NCBI GenBank assembly: GCA_965243025.1
Contig: CBDETY010000003.1
Span: 2,496,001 to 2,560,000 of the forward strand
Length of the DNA: 64,000 bases
Reading direction: 5' to 3'
Source: Candidatus Latescibacterota bacterium
Lineage (GTDB): Bacteria; Latescibacterota; UBA2968; UBA8231
Part shown: positions 46,670 through 55,124 of the stretch, piece by piece
Layout: the number at the start of each line of letters is the position of its first letter
Position numbering within the stretch: the first letter of the stretch is position 1
The notes under the pieces: generated by a model
Databases searched by the model: none
What the model was told of the DNA's origin: nothing
Seen by the model: only the letters and a program-made list of their open reading frames with translations
Translations under genes and position numbers: made by a program

Positions 46670-47794
46670 ATGAGAAAGATGTCGATCTACGAGGAGCTGG
46701 GCGTCGTGCCCGTCGTCAACGCCATCGGCAACCGCACCCTTCTTGGAGGCAACACCCCCGCGGCCGCGGTGCGCGCCGCCATGGACGAGTCGGAGGAGTA
46801 CTACGCCTTCCTCGACGAGCTGTCGGAGAGGGTCGGGGAGAAGATAGCCGGCCTGCTGGGAATCGAGGCGGCCATGGTGACCTCGGGCGCCGCCGCGGCG
46901 CTGGTGCTCGGGGCCGCGGCCTGCATGGCCGGCGACGACGACGGCAGGATCGAGCAGCTGCCGGACACCGGGGGGATGCCCCATCAGTTCATCATCCAGA
47001 AGCACCTGCGGCTGAAGTACGAGCGCTGCATGACCATCCCCGGGGGAGTGCTGGTCGAAGTCGGGGACGAGGAAGGGACCCGGCCGGAGCATGTCGAGGA
47101 AGCTATCGGGCCGGACACCGCCGCCATCCACACCCTGGCCCAGGTCGCTCCGCGTCCCGGCACCCTGCCGATGGAGGAGCTGGTCCGCATCGGCCGCGCC
47201 CACGGCATCCCCGTCATCGTCGACGCGGCGGGAAGCGTTTTCCCCACCGGGCTCCTGAGCAGGTTCGTGAAAATGGGGTGCGACCTGGTGGCGTACGGGG
47301 CCAAGTACTACGGCTCGGTCAACACCAGCGGCCTCCTGACCGGGCGCAGGGACCTGGTGAAGGCGGCCTTCAAGCAGAGCTTCGTCGGCTTCGAGGCATC
47401 CCCTCTGAAGACGTTCGGGCGGCCGATGAAGCAGGACCGGCAGGACATCGTCGCCGCGTACGCCGCGCTCAAGGTCTGGCTCTCGATGGACCACGAGGAG
47501 CGCTTCGCCGGGTACGAGCGGCGCATCGCCGCGGTGCGCGGGCAGCTGGGCGGCCTGGAGGGAATCTCGTTTCCCGATCCGCCCGCAGGGGACCGCAGCA
47601 ACCTGTGGATCCGGGTGGACGCCGAAAAGGCGGGAAAGACCGCCGACGACGTGGTGGCGGAGCTGCTCGCAGGCAACCCCCGCATCTGGGTCAGGCAGGA
47701 TCTCGAGGACGGAAACCACTTCAACCTGGCTTTCCTGGCGCTGCCGGAAGGCCAGGAGCAGATCATCGTCGACAGGCTGAAAGAGATTCTGTAG
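46670..47794 (+). CDS. SelA-like/DgaE-family PLP-dependent enzyme (divergent paralog)
   Basis: IYEELGVVPVVNAIGNRTLLGG, VTSGAAAAL, VIVDAA, YGAKYYG, GRPMKQDR. Confidence 0.85.
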   Translation: MRKMSIYEELGVVPVVNAIGNRTLLGGNTPAAAVRAAMDESEEYYAFLDELSERVGEKIAGLLGIEAAMVTSGAAAALVLGAAACMAGDDDGRIEQLPDTGGMPHQFIIQKHLRLKYERCMTIPGGVLVEVGDEEGTRPEHVEEAIGPDTAAIHTLAQVAPRPGTLPMEELVRIGRAHGIPVIVDAAGSVFPTGLLSRFVKMGCDLVAYGAKYYGSVNTSGLLTGRRDLVKAAFKQSFVGFEASPLKTFGRPMKQDRQDIVAAYAALKVWLSMDHEERFAGYERRIAAVRGQLGGLEGISFPDPPAGDRSNLWIRVDAEKAGKTADDVVAELLAGNPRIWVRQDLEDGNHFNLAFLALPEGQEQIIVDRLKEIL

Positions 47795-47966
47795 CGCCTC
47801 GTTGAAAAGCCGTCCCGGCTTCCGCCCGCCCGGGTCGGGACCTCCTGAGGGCGGCCTGAACACTGGCGATTCACAGGCCCCTGAGGGCCGGCCGGCGGGA
47901 GATCTGCTTGAAAACGAGGGGCCGGGAGACCGGGGAACGGCCGGCGGCGAGCCGCACCGGGGGGAT

Positions 47967-49202
47967 TTACTGCGGGCGAAAGCTCTCTGCTTCCGGGAAG
48001 ATCCCGATCCGGTGGTTGGCCATCGACAGGAACCACTCCTCGCCCTCGTGGTACACCGGCAGGTTCCTCGCCTGCTGGTCCGGCATGTGGCAGACGGTGC
48101 AGCGGTCCCCGCGCGCCAGCTCCGCATCCTCGGGGTGCGGCTGCGAATGGCAGCCGAGGCACTTCTGCGAGAAGGCGGCGGTCCGGCCGGTCTGGTCGGC
48201 GTGGACGTCGTGGCAGGTCGAGCAGGTCATGTCGGACTCGGAAAAACAGCGGCTCTCCTCCAGAAACGGCACCTGCCCCCCGTGCACGGACAGTTTCATG
48301 CGCTCCGCCTCCGGGTAGACCCGGTGCTCGGAGATTTCGTCACCGGGCCTGAAGGAGAGCGACGGGGTGCGCGGGAGCCCCTGTCCCGAGTGGCAGAGGG
48401 CGCATGAGGAGAGCTGCCGCGAGCGGCTGAGACGCGCCGGGTTGAGGATGTGGCGGCCTTCACCGATTTCCGGGTTCTGCTCGTGGAAAGCGACGTGCCT
48501 CTCCCCGGGGCCGTGGCACTTCCCGCAGCTGATGCCGGTCTCGAGGCTCTCCGGCCGGAACTCGAACCCGTCCGGGGAACCGACCCGTGTCGCCGCGGAT
48601 GTATGGCACTCGAGGCAGCGGCCGCCTATGGGACGCTGGTAGAGCATCGACACGCTCTTTCGCGGCAGATTCTCCCAGGCGGCGATCCAGTTCTCGTACC
48701 CGGGCCCGAGCGTCCAGGTCGCTTCCGGCGTGAAGTACATCCCCGGCAGCTGGAACAGCCTGTTCCCCTCCCAGAACAGGTAGGTCTGGGCGCGCTCACC
48801 CGACCCCACGACGACGTGAAACGGCTTCGTGAAGCTCGATGTCGTATCCGCCGAATAGGTCCCGGTCTGGAAGAAGCCGCCTCTCGACTTCTCCATGGTG
48901 AAACGGAGCCCGGGAACCGGAGTCTTCACGGCGTTGTGACCCTGGCGGAAGTCCCCCATGACCGCCTCCCGGGTGGCGGGGCTGGAGGTGAGGTAATGGC
49001 CGGTCTTCACGTAGCTGTCGTAGATCGACTGGTGGCAGGGCCGGCAGGTTTCCGCAGTGCCCGCCGCGGTCGCATACCCGCCGGCAGGAGCGGCGGCGCG
49101 CTGCAGCAGGTAGAGGAAGAAGAGGAGGGCGAATACCCCCGCCACCGCGGCGGCGGCCGCTGCCACGGAAAGGGTTTTAACCTTTTTCAAAAGGCGAATC
49201 AC
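47967..49202 (-). CDS. Membrane-anchored multiheme (7 x CxxCH) c-type cytochrome
   Basis: N-terminal TM segment. CRPCH, CLECH, CGKCH, CALCH, CSTCH, CLGCH, CTVCH. Confidence 0.88.
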   Translation of the reverse strand: MIRLLKKVKTLSVAAAAAAVAGVFALLFFLYLLQRAAAPAGGYATAAGTAETCRPCHQSIYDSYVKTGHYLTSSPATREAVMGDFRQGHNAVKTPVPGLRFTMEKSRGGFFQTGTYSADTTSSFTKPFHVVVGSGERAQTYLFWEGNRLFQLPGMYFTPEATWTLGPGYENWIAAWENLPRKSVSMLYQRPIGGRCLECHTSAATRVGSPDGFEFRPESLETGISCGKCHGPGERHVAFHEQNPEIGEGRHILNPARLSRSRQLSSCALCHSGQGLPRTPSLSFRPGDEISEHRVYPEAERMKLSVHGGQVPFLEESRCFSESDMTCSTCHDVHADQTGRTAAFSQKCLGCHSQPHPEDAELARGDRCTVCHMPDQQARNLPVYHEGEEWFLSMANHRIGIFPEAESFRPQ

Positions 49203-50296
49203 TTCCAGTCGATGGCGTCGTAGAGGTGCTCGGCGGCGGCGCGGTGGGCGCGGTGGTTGGGGTGGAAGTCCCGCGGGTGGACCCAGTACCCGGTTTCATC
49301 CTCTCCCTCGAACCGCTCCAGGAGGTCGACGAAACGGATGTCTGCCTCCTGGGCGAATTCCCGCACCGCGTCATGGGCCGGGGCGAACGGGTAATCGGCA
49401 AGTTCGTACAGAAGGGGAAACAGGACAATGACGAACTCGCACCCCTTGCGGTCGCAGCGCCTCTTCATGCGCTCGAGAAGGTCTTTGGTCTGCTTCCATC
49501 CGGCGTTGTCCCCGAACAGGTAGTTGTAGCGCTCGACCGTGCGCGCCGAGATCTGCTGCCGGGCAATGCGCGCCCCAACCCACTGCGCCGCGTGGCTCCT
49601 GCCGGCCAGGAATTCGCCGACCCTCTCGGAGAGAAGGTTCGTTCGCAAATGCATCAGGTCGTCGATCTCCTGGTACATCTCCAGGGCCCGCCTGTCTCCG
49701 ACCGGGTCGTTGAGGGTGAACAGGTAGACGACGCGCTCGAGACCGGGGAAATCGTCGATGTGGCGGTTCAGGGTCCGGCTGACCGAGCGGATGTTGAACC
49801 CCATCATGCAGAAGTTGGCCAGTTGGTGGTCGGAGCCCCCCACCCGCAGCCTTGTCTCGAGAAGCTCCGTCAGACGGTCGCGGACCCGCACTCCCTGTCC
49901 GGCCCCGAAACTGTCCCCGAGCACGAGGGTCGTTCTGCTGCCGCGAGTGGATGTGAAGTGCTGCAGCGGCCGCTCGCGGAACCCCGCTCCGTTCACCCTG
50001 ACTTCGATGGCATGCGGGACGCGCAGCGGATCGAGACCGGCCAGCGACGGGTCGCCGTCCGTGTTGGCGGCGTAGGCGAGCTCCGGGTAGGGCTGCTCGA
50101 GACGGAGATCCCAATCGGCGACGCCGAGGAATTCGCCGTCGTAGCAGAGAAGCTTTGTGTGCTCCTCCCCGGTTCGATACCAGACCGCCGGGTAGGTTCG
50201 CTGCTGCTTGGCGAGAAAGTATAAGAAGGCCTCCGTCGCCAGAACGCAGAACAGGCAGCTGGCGGCCAGCAGCAGGAACCGGGACTTGCGGTTCAA
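49199..50296 (-). CDS. SGNH/GDSL hydrolase family membrane-anchored protein
   Basis: TTG 50296 overlapping the upstream stop. N-terminal TM, VNGAGFR, VLGDSFGAG, LND, DFHPN (DxH). Confidence 0.82.
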   Translation of the reverse strand: MNRKSRFLLLAASCLFCVLATEAFLYFLAKQQRTYPAVWYRTGEEHTKLLCYDGEFLGVADWDLRLEQPYPELAYAANTDGDPSLAGLDPLRVPHAIEVRVNGAGFRERPLQHFTSTRGSRTTLVLGDSFGAGQGVRVRDRLTELLETRLRVGGSDHQLANFCMMGFNIRSVSRTLNRHIDDFPGLERVVYLFTLNDPVGDRRALEMYQEIDDLMHLRTNLLSERVGEFLAGRSHAAQWVGARIARQQISARTVERYNYLFGDNAGWKQTKDLLERMKRRCDRKGCEFVIVLFPLLYELADYPFAPAHDAVREFAQEADIRFVDLLERFEGEDETGYWVHPRDFHPNHRAHRAAAEHLYDAIDWK

Positions 50297-51168
50297 CGGG
50301 TTCGGGCCAGCCCCAGCTCTTCCACCAGGCGCCGAAGCTCCCGCAGGGTCAGCTCGTCGGCAGGAGGCACGGGGTGGCGCAGTCTGGAGCTCTTGAAGAC
50401 GCCGCGCAGCCTCAGGACCTCCTTGTTGACGTGGGGGCCGTGCAGCCTGAACAGCGGCGTGTGCCTGTTGAATTCCCGTTCCGCCTCGTCCTCCCTGCCG
50501 GCGAGAAAGAGGTCGATGACGCGGCGGAACATGTCCGGGACGTGGCAGTGAGGCATGGTTCCGACAGAGCCCCGGCGCATCTCCTCGATCAGGAAGGCGC
50601 CGCTCATGCCGCCGAGGACGATCAGGCCGTCGCCGGCCGCGGCCACGGTCTCGGCGATCCGCGGCGGCGTCGGGGGGGTCTCCACCTTGGCGTAGCAGAC
50701 GTTCTCCGATTCCCTGGCGATGCGGGCCATCAGCGCCGGCGCGACCCCTGTGGCTCCGGCGTCCTGGATGAAGACCGGGATCTTCAGCGCTTCCCCGATG
50801 GCGCGGAAGTACTCGACGACCGGATCGCCGCCACCGGCGGCCGCGGGCGGCACAGCCATTACCGCGTCCGCCCCCATCTCCTCGGCGCGGCGGCTGTACT
50901 CGACCGCCACCCGGGTAGACTCGGCCCCGGTATTGACCACGACCGGCACCCTTCCCGCGGCCTGCGCTATCACGGTCCGGGCCGCCAGGTCGCGCTCGGC
51001 CTCGGACAACCTGTTTACTTCGCTGCCGAAGGCGAGCCCGAGACCGTCGACCCCGGCGTCGATGGCGAAATCCACCTCCCGCTGCAGGTCCTCGACGTCG
51101 ATGTCGTCCCTGTCGTCGAACGGCATCGCCAGGATCGGAAACAGCCCCCTCATCGACCTGTCGACCAT
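50293..51168 (-). CDS. Dihydrodipicolinate synthase family lyase (L-KDA-dehydratase-like subgroup)
   Basis: GLFPILAMPF, AFGSE, GRVPVVV, GADAVMAVPP, FIQD, YAKVE (Schiff-base Lys). Confidence 0.85.
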   Translation of the reverse strand: MVDRSMRGLFPILAMPFDDRDDIDVEDLQREVDFAIDAGVDGLGLAFGSEVNRLSEAERDLAARTVIAQAAGRVPVVVNTGAESTRVAVEYSRRAEEMGADAVMAVPPAAAGGGDPVVEYFRAIGEALKIPVFIQDAGATGVAPALMARIARESENVCYAKVETPPTPPRIAETVAAAGDGLIVLGGMSGAFLIEEMRRGSVGTMPHCHVPDMFRRVIDLFLAGREDEAEREFNRHTPLFRLHGPHVNKEVLRLRGVFKSSRLRHPVPPADELTLRELRRLVEELGLARTR

Positions 51169-51564
51169 TTCTATTGATCTCCTCGCAGCAGTCGGACCGG
51201 AGCGTCCGTGCGCTTTGTTCTGATGGCCCCCAAAATACCGTATACTTACGGCAAACGCCTGTTCCGCCGCATTCGTTCCGGTCCAAAGGCGTCGCGACAG
51301 GCTCCCCGCATCCCGTCCTGCTCCGCGTCCCCCTGCACCAGGCAGGACCGACACGTGCTCCGCAAGGCTGCCCCATGGGAACCGCGCTCAGCTGCCTTCT
51401 CGCCTGCCTTCTCCCGACAGCTCCCGGCCGGGGCCTGGAGAGCTTCTCCCCCGGGCATCTACCTGGTACCCATCGGCCTGGACGTCGTCGAAAGGTCGGG
51501 AACGAACAACCCCGTCCATCGATTGGTGAACAGGGCGTATTGACGCCGACGTAGGAGAACGACA

Positions 51565-53487
51565 ATGCCATCACTGTTTCTGCTTGCCGTCATCCTTGTT
51601 TTCCTGGGCGCGCGCGACATCCCGGGTGCGGTCCTCTACCGGGTCGGCGCACCCTTCACCGCCGCGGAAAAGGACAGTATCGAAGGCCTCGGGCTCGACT
51701 ACGTGGAGATCGACTGGTCGGTGGCCCAGCTGTTGGAAGCGGTCGAAATGGACTCGATTCAGGCCGGCTCCCTGCAGCCCAACTACTTCGACGAGGACGA
51801 GGACATCGCCGCGACGCTGTTGGACAGGGACGGATTCGTGGCCGGAACCGATCTCAGGTTCCGCTGGGGAGAAGTCGCCGCCAAAATGATCGACAAGGAT
51901 CCGACTACGGCCTACATCTGGCCGGCCGTCCCTCCCGAGGCGTTCAGCACCCTCGCCGGGAACCGATGGGCGGTCTTCCTCGATCTCGGCGGGGATTTCC
52001 TCGTGAGAGAAGTGAGATTCCGCACCCTGGAGGGCAGACCGGACCATTTCCTGGAACACTTCACCATCGGTGTCAGCGACGAGAGGGTCAGCAAGTTCCG
52101 GATTCCGCCGTTCACGACCGTGGCCGAGGTCAAGGAAAACACCGAGGCGGACATCCGCGTTGTTCTGAATTCACCCGTCAGCACCCGGTCCGTCTACATG
52201 CGCATCTTCCGGAAGACCGCCAAGGAGATCTCGGTCGGCGAGTTCGAGGTCTACGGGGGAGGTTTCGTCAGCAACGCGTCGTACGAATCCGACATAATCG
52301 ACCTCGGGGACATCGCCAACTGGGGGGAGATCAGGTGGTCGGGACGCAGGGACCCCCACGCCCGGATCGGGATCCGTACGCGTGCGGGCGCCGACCCGCA
52401 GCCGGAGGTTTACTGGGAGGTGCGGCCGGAGCAGCAGGACAGCATCCGGTTTCTCGGAGGAGGAGGGGACCTGAGCCTGACGGAGTACAAGCGGAAGTAC
52501 GAAAGACTGGCAAGCTATCTCAAGCCGGCGAGAGCCGAGGACAGCATAAGGCCCGACACCGAGAACTGGAGCTTCTGGTCGAGCGCCTACGAGTTCGATA
52601 ACCCCGGAGTGGACATCGTATCTCCGGGCCCCAGGCGGTTCCTCCAGATCAGGACCGATTTCCTGTCGACCGTTGAAGACGGAGGCAAGATCGACTACAT
52701 CGAATTCAAGGCCACCACCCCGCCGCTGGTCCGCGAGCTGAAGGGGGAGATTTCCCCGGTCGAGACCGAGGTCGGGAAGGCGACCCGGTTCACCTACTAC
52801 ATCAAACCGACGATTCTCGCCGAGGACATCGGTTTCGACGCGGTGGAGATTTCGACTCCGTCCGGGGTGGTTTCGGTCGACTCGCTGCGCCTGGACGAGG
52901 TCGATCAGCAGGATTTCTCCTGGACCATCCGCGATGACGGCCTGGGGTTCGAGCTGATGCTCCCGCACAGGCTGAAACCGGCCGACACCGGGACGCTGAT
53001 CGAGATCGATTTCAGGTCGACTGTGCTCAGGGAGGTCGGCACCCTGTTCGCCGGCCGGGTGTTCGACACCACGCGCCCCCACGAGGTGCGGCAGCGCATC
53101 CTGCCGGGAGAGGCCGCGCCGGAGATCGAGAGCGAGCGTCTTTCGGTGACGACCTCGCTCAGCGGCTCGCTCGTCTTCTCCCCCCTGGTGTCGCCGAATC
53201 CCTTCACCCCGAACGGCGACGGGATCAACGACGTCGTCCGCATCTCCTACAAGCTGCTGCGGGTCACCTCGGGCGTGCCGGTCGTCATCGAGATATACGA
53301 CCTCTCGGGAAGGCGCGTCAGAGAGGTCTATTCCGGGACCGACCCCCTCGGGGAGTACTCCCACAGCTGGGATGGAACCGATGACTCGGGCCGATCGGTC
53401 CCCCCCGGAATCTTCCTGTACCGGATCCTGGCGGACCTGCATTCGGGACAGGAGATCGACTCAGGCGTTCTCTCGGTAGCCTACTAG
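51565..53487 (+). CDS. Secreted discoidin-like + FlgD-Ig/T9SS-type-B-like CTD protein, orphan paralog of 21555..23498
   Basis: AGGAG RBS and signal peptide. Shares YR.GAPF.AAE.DS..GLG, PEQQDSIR, WSFWSS, PNPFTPNGDGIND; ends VAY. Confidence 0.82.
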   Translation: MPSLFLLAVILVFLGARDIPGAVLYRVGAPFTAAEKDSIEGLGLDYVEIDWSVAQLLEAVEMDSIQAGSLQPNYFDEDEDIAATLLDRDGFVAGTDLRFRWGEVAAKMIDKDPTTAYIWPAVPPEAFSTLAGNRWAVFLDLGGDFLVREVRFRTLEGRPDHFLEHFTIGVSDERVSKFRIPPFTTVAEVKENTEADIRVVLNSPVSTRSVYMRIFRKTAKEISVGEFEVYGGGFVSNASYESDIIDLGDIANWGEIRWSGRRDPHARIGIRTRAGADPQPEVYWEVRPEQQDSIRFLGGGGDLSLTEYKRKYERLASYLKPARAEDSIRPDTENWSFWSSAYEFDNPGVDIVSPGPRRFLQIRTDFLSTVEDGGKIDYIEFKATTPPLVRELKGEISPVETEVGKATRFTYYIKPTILAEDIGFDAVEISTPSGVVSVDSLRLDEVDQQDFSWTIRDDGLGFELMLPHRLKPADTGTLIEIDFRSTVLREVGTLFAGRVFDTTRPHEVRQRILPGEAAPEIESERLSVTTSLSGSLVFSPLVSPNPFTPNGDGINDVVRISYKLLRVTSGVPVVIEIYDLSGRRVREVYSGTDPLGEYSHSWDGTDDSGRSVPPGIFLYRILADLHSGQEIDSGVLSVAY

Positions 53488-53651
53488 TGTCCCGTCGCAG
53501 AGATAGATTGACAAAATTGGGATGCCGAGGCGCCCGGCTCACAAGGCGCCTGAGCGAGTCGTACCGAGGGTGTACGGCGAGCGAAGGCAACGCCGTGAGC
53601 CGGGATGGATCGGCGTCCCAATGTCGACATATTTCTGCGACGGGACACTGG
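53484..53651 (+). mobile_element. 168-bp palindromic MITE-like element, copy 2
   Basis: TIRs CTAGTGTCCCGTCGCAGAGATA / TATTTCTGCGACGGGACACTGG. The left CTAG contains the TAG stop of 51565..53487. Confidence 0.82.
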
Positions 53652-53725
53652 AACCGCGCCGACTGGCCGGCGATTCAGCAGCCGCGGGTCAGGCACTCCC
53701 GCGGTGCGCGGAACCCGCGAGAGGT

Positions 53726-54922
53726 TCAGGCAAAGATCGCGCGGCTGGCGATGCCGCAGCGGTACCCCTCCTCCTGGATTCCCCCGAGGAACTGGGCGGT
53801 GCGGCCGGCAGGCGCGGTGCCCTCGTACCAGGCGCTGAAGGAGCCGTTGAAGGTCTGGATCCACTCCCGGTCCGCGGCGGAATCGCCGCCGGCGACGACG
53901 TAGGCGTTGTTGAAGATGCCGTCCTGCTTCAGGCCGTTGCCCCCCGCTTCCCGGATGCGGCCGTCGAGCGACCCCAGGAGGGCTCCGGCGTCGTCGCCCC
54001 CGGCGGCGCTCAACAGCACCTCGGTCAGGCCGCCGTACTTCAGCGCCGTCCAGGTGCTGAAGCCGTCGGCGGTCTCGCCGGAGCGCACGATCTCCGCCTC
54101 CCCCGAAACCAGGCGCGGCTGGATCTCGACCTGCCCCTTCTCCAGGGGGATCCTCGAAACCGGGTAGATCAGGCCCGCCGGCCGCGCGTCGCCGTAGTAC
54201 TCCTCGACGAGCTTGCGGACGATCTCCACGCGCTCCCAGGCCTCGCCCGGGGCGTAGTCGGCGGCGACCATGATCTCGATCCACGCGGTCTGCTTCTTCA
54301 TGTCGACGCCGGCCTCTGCGAACGGCTTCTCCAGCTGTTCCTCGAGGATGAAGGCCGCTTCCTCGGCGATGCCGCCACCAAGTGTGTCGACCATTTCCCC
54401 GCCGGCCTCGTGCAGCACCGTCTTGCCGCTCGGGTGGTGGTCGATCCAGTACCCGTGATCGATGTCGACGCTTCCGGAAAGCGACACCCCCGCTCCCTTG
54501 ACCGCCTTGATCTGCACCTCGAACAGCGCCGCCGGGTCGGGGAACCCCTCCGGGTGGGTGTGGCGCGCCATGCGGTTGGAGCGCAGGGGGCCGCCGGTGA
54601 CCGCCTCGATCATCGCCGCGTACACCTCGTTGAAGGCGTTCTTCTGCTCGTCGCAGGGCTCCCAGCCGCTCGACGGGGTCGTCCACAGGACGTCGGTCTT
54701 GTACACGTCCGACCAGTGCGCGCCGCATACCTCGAGGCCGGCGTTGAGGTTCTCGATCGTCCCCAGCCACTGGCTGCCGACGTCGGCCGGGTACTGGGTG
54801 CCGACGTTGCCGCTGGGCTCGATCAGCCGGAAGACGTTCTCCCTGTCGTCCTTGAGGATGACCTCGGTCGGGTTGGAAAAGATGGCGATCGGGTTGTGGC
54901 GGATGATGCTTACCTGGGCCAT
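53726..54922 (-). CDS. Putative tandem triple RidA/YjgF-domain protein
   Basis: Three units of about 130 aa, each resembling the YjgF pattern, e.g. ENLNAGLEVCGAHWSDVYKT..FNEVY..PLRS..FPDPAALFEVQ and YYGDARPAG..VSRIPLEKGQVEIQ. AAAAGGA RBS. The domain call is by eye. Confidence 0.6.
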   Translation of the reverse strand: MAQVSIIRHNPIAIFSNPTEVILKDDRENVFRLIEPSGNVGTQYPADVGSQWLGTIENLNAGLEVCGAHWSDVYKTDVLWTTPSSGWEPCDEQKNAFNEVYAAMIEAVTGGPLRSNRMARHTHPEGFPDPAALFEVQIKAVKGAGVSLSGSVDIDHGYWIDHHPSGKTVLHEAGGEMVDTLGGGIAEEAAFILEEQLEKPFAEAGVDMKKQTAWIEIMVAADYAPGEAWERVEIVRKLVEEYYGDARPAGLIYPVSRIPLEKGQVEIQPRLVSGEAEIVRSGETADGFSTWTALKYGGLTEVLLSAAGGDDAGALLGSLDGRIREAGGNGLKQDGIFNNAYVVAGGDSAADREWIQTFNGSFSAWYEGTAPAGRTAQFLGGIQEEGYRCGIASRAIFA

Positions 54923-55124
54923 TGGGGCGGTCCTTTTCTGGTTGGGTCGGTTGGTGTTTGAAGGGGGTACATCATCGGGGGCGGGGGTACATGGTGCAAG
55001 TACGTGGAGGTCCGGGGAGACCCGGGTGACCTGGTTTTCGACGGGCTCGGGACCTTCCCCTGGCTTGAGAGAAGCTCAGGATGCCTGACTGCAGCTCAGC
55101 TTTTTCAGGGGGGTGATTCGGCTG

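Noticed and set aside
45162-47794. True selenocysteine synthase selA or a selenoprotein locus
   Set aside because: The proteins are about 370 aa, lack the SelA N-terminal domain and FSGDK motif, and no selB, selD or tRNA-Sec is seen.
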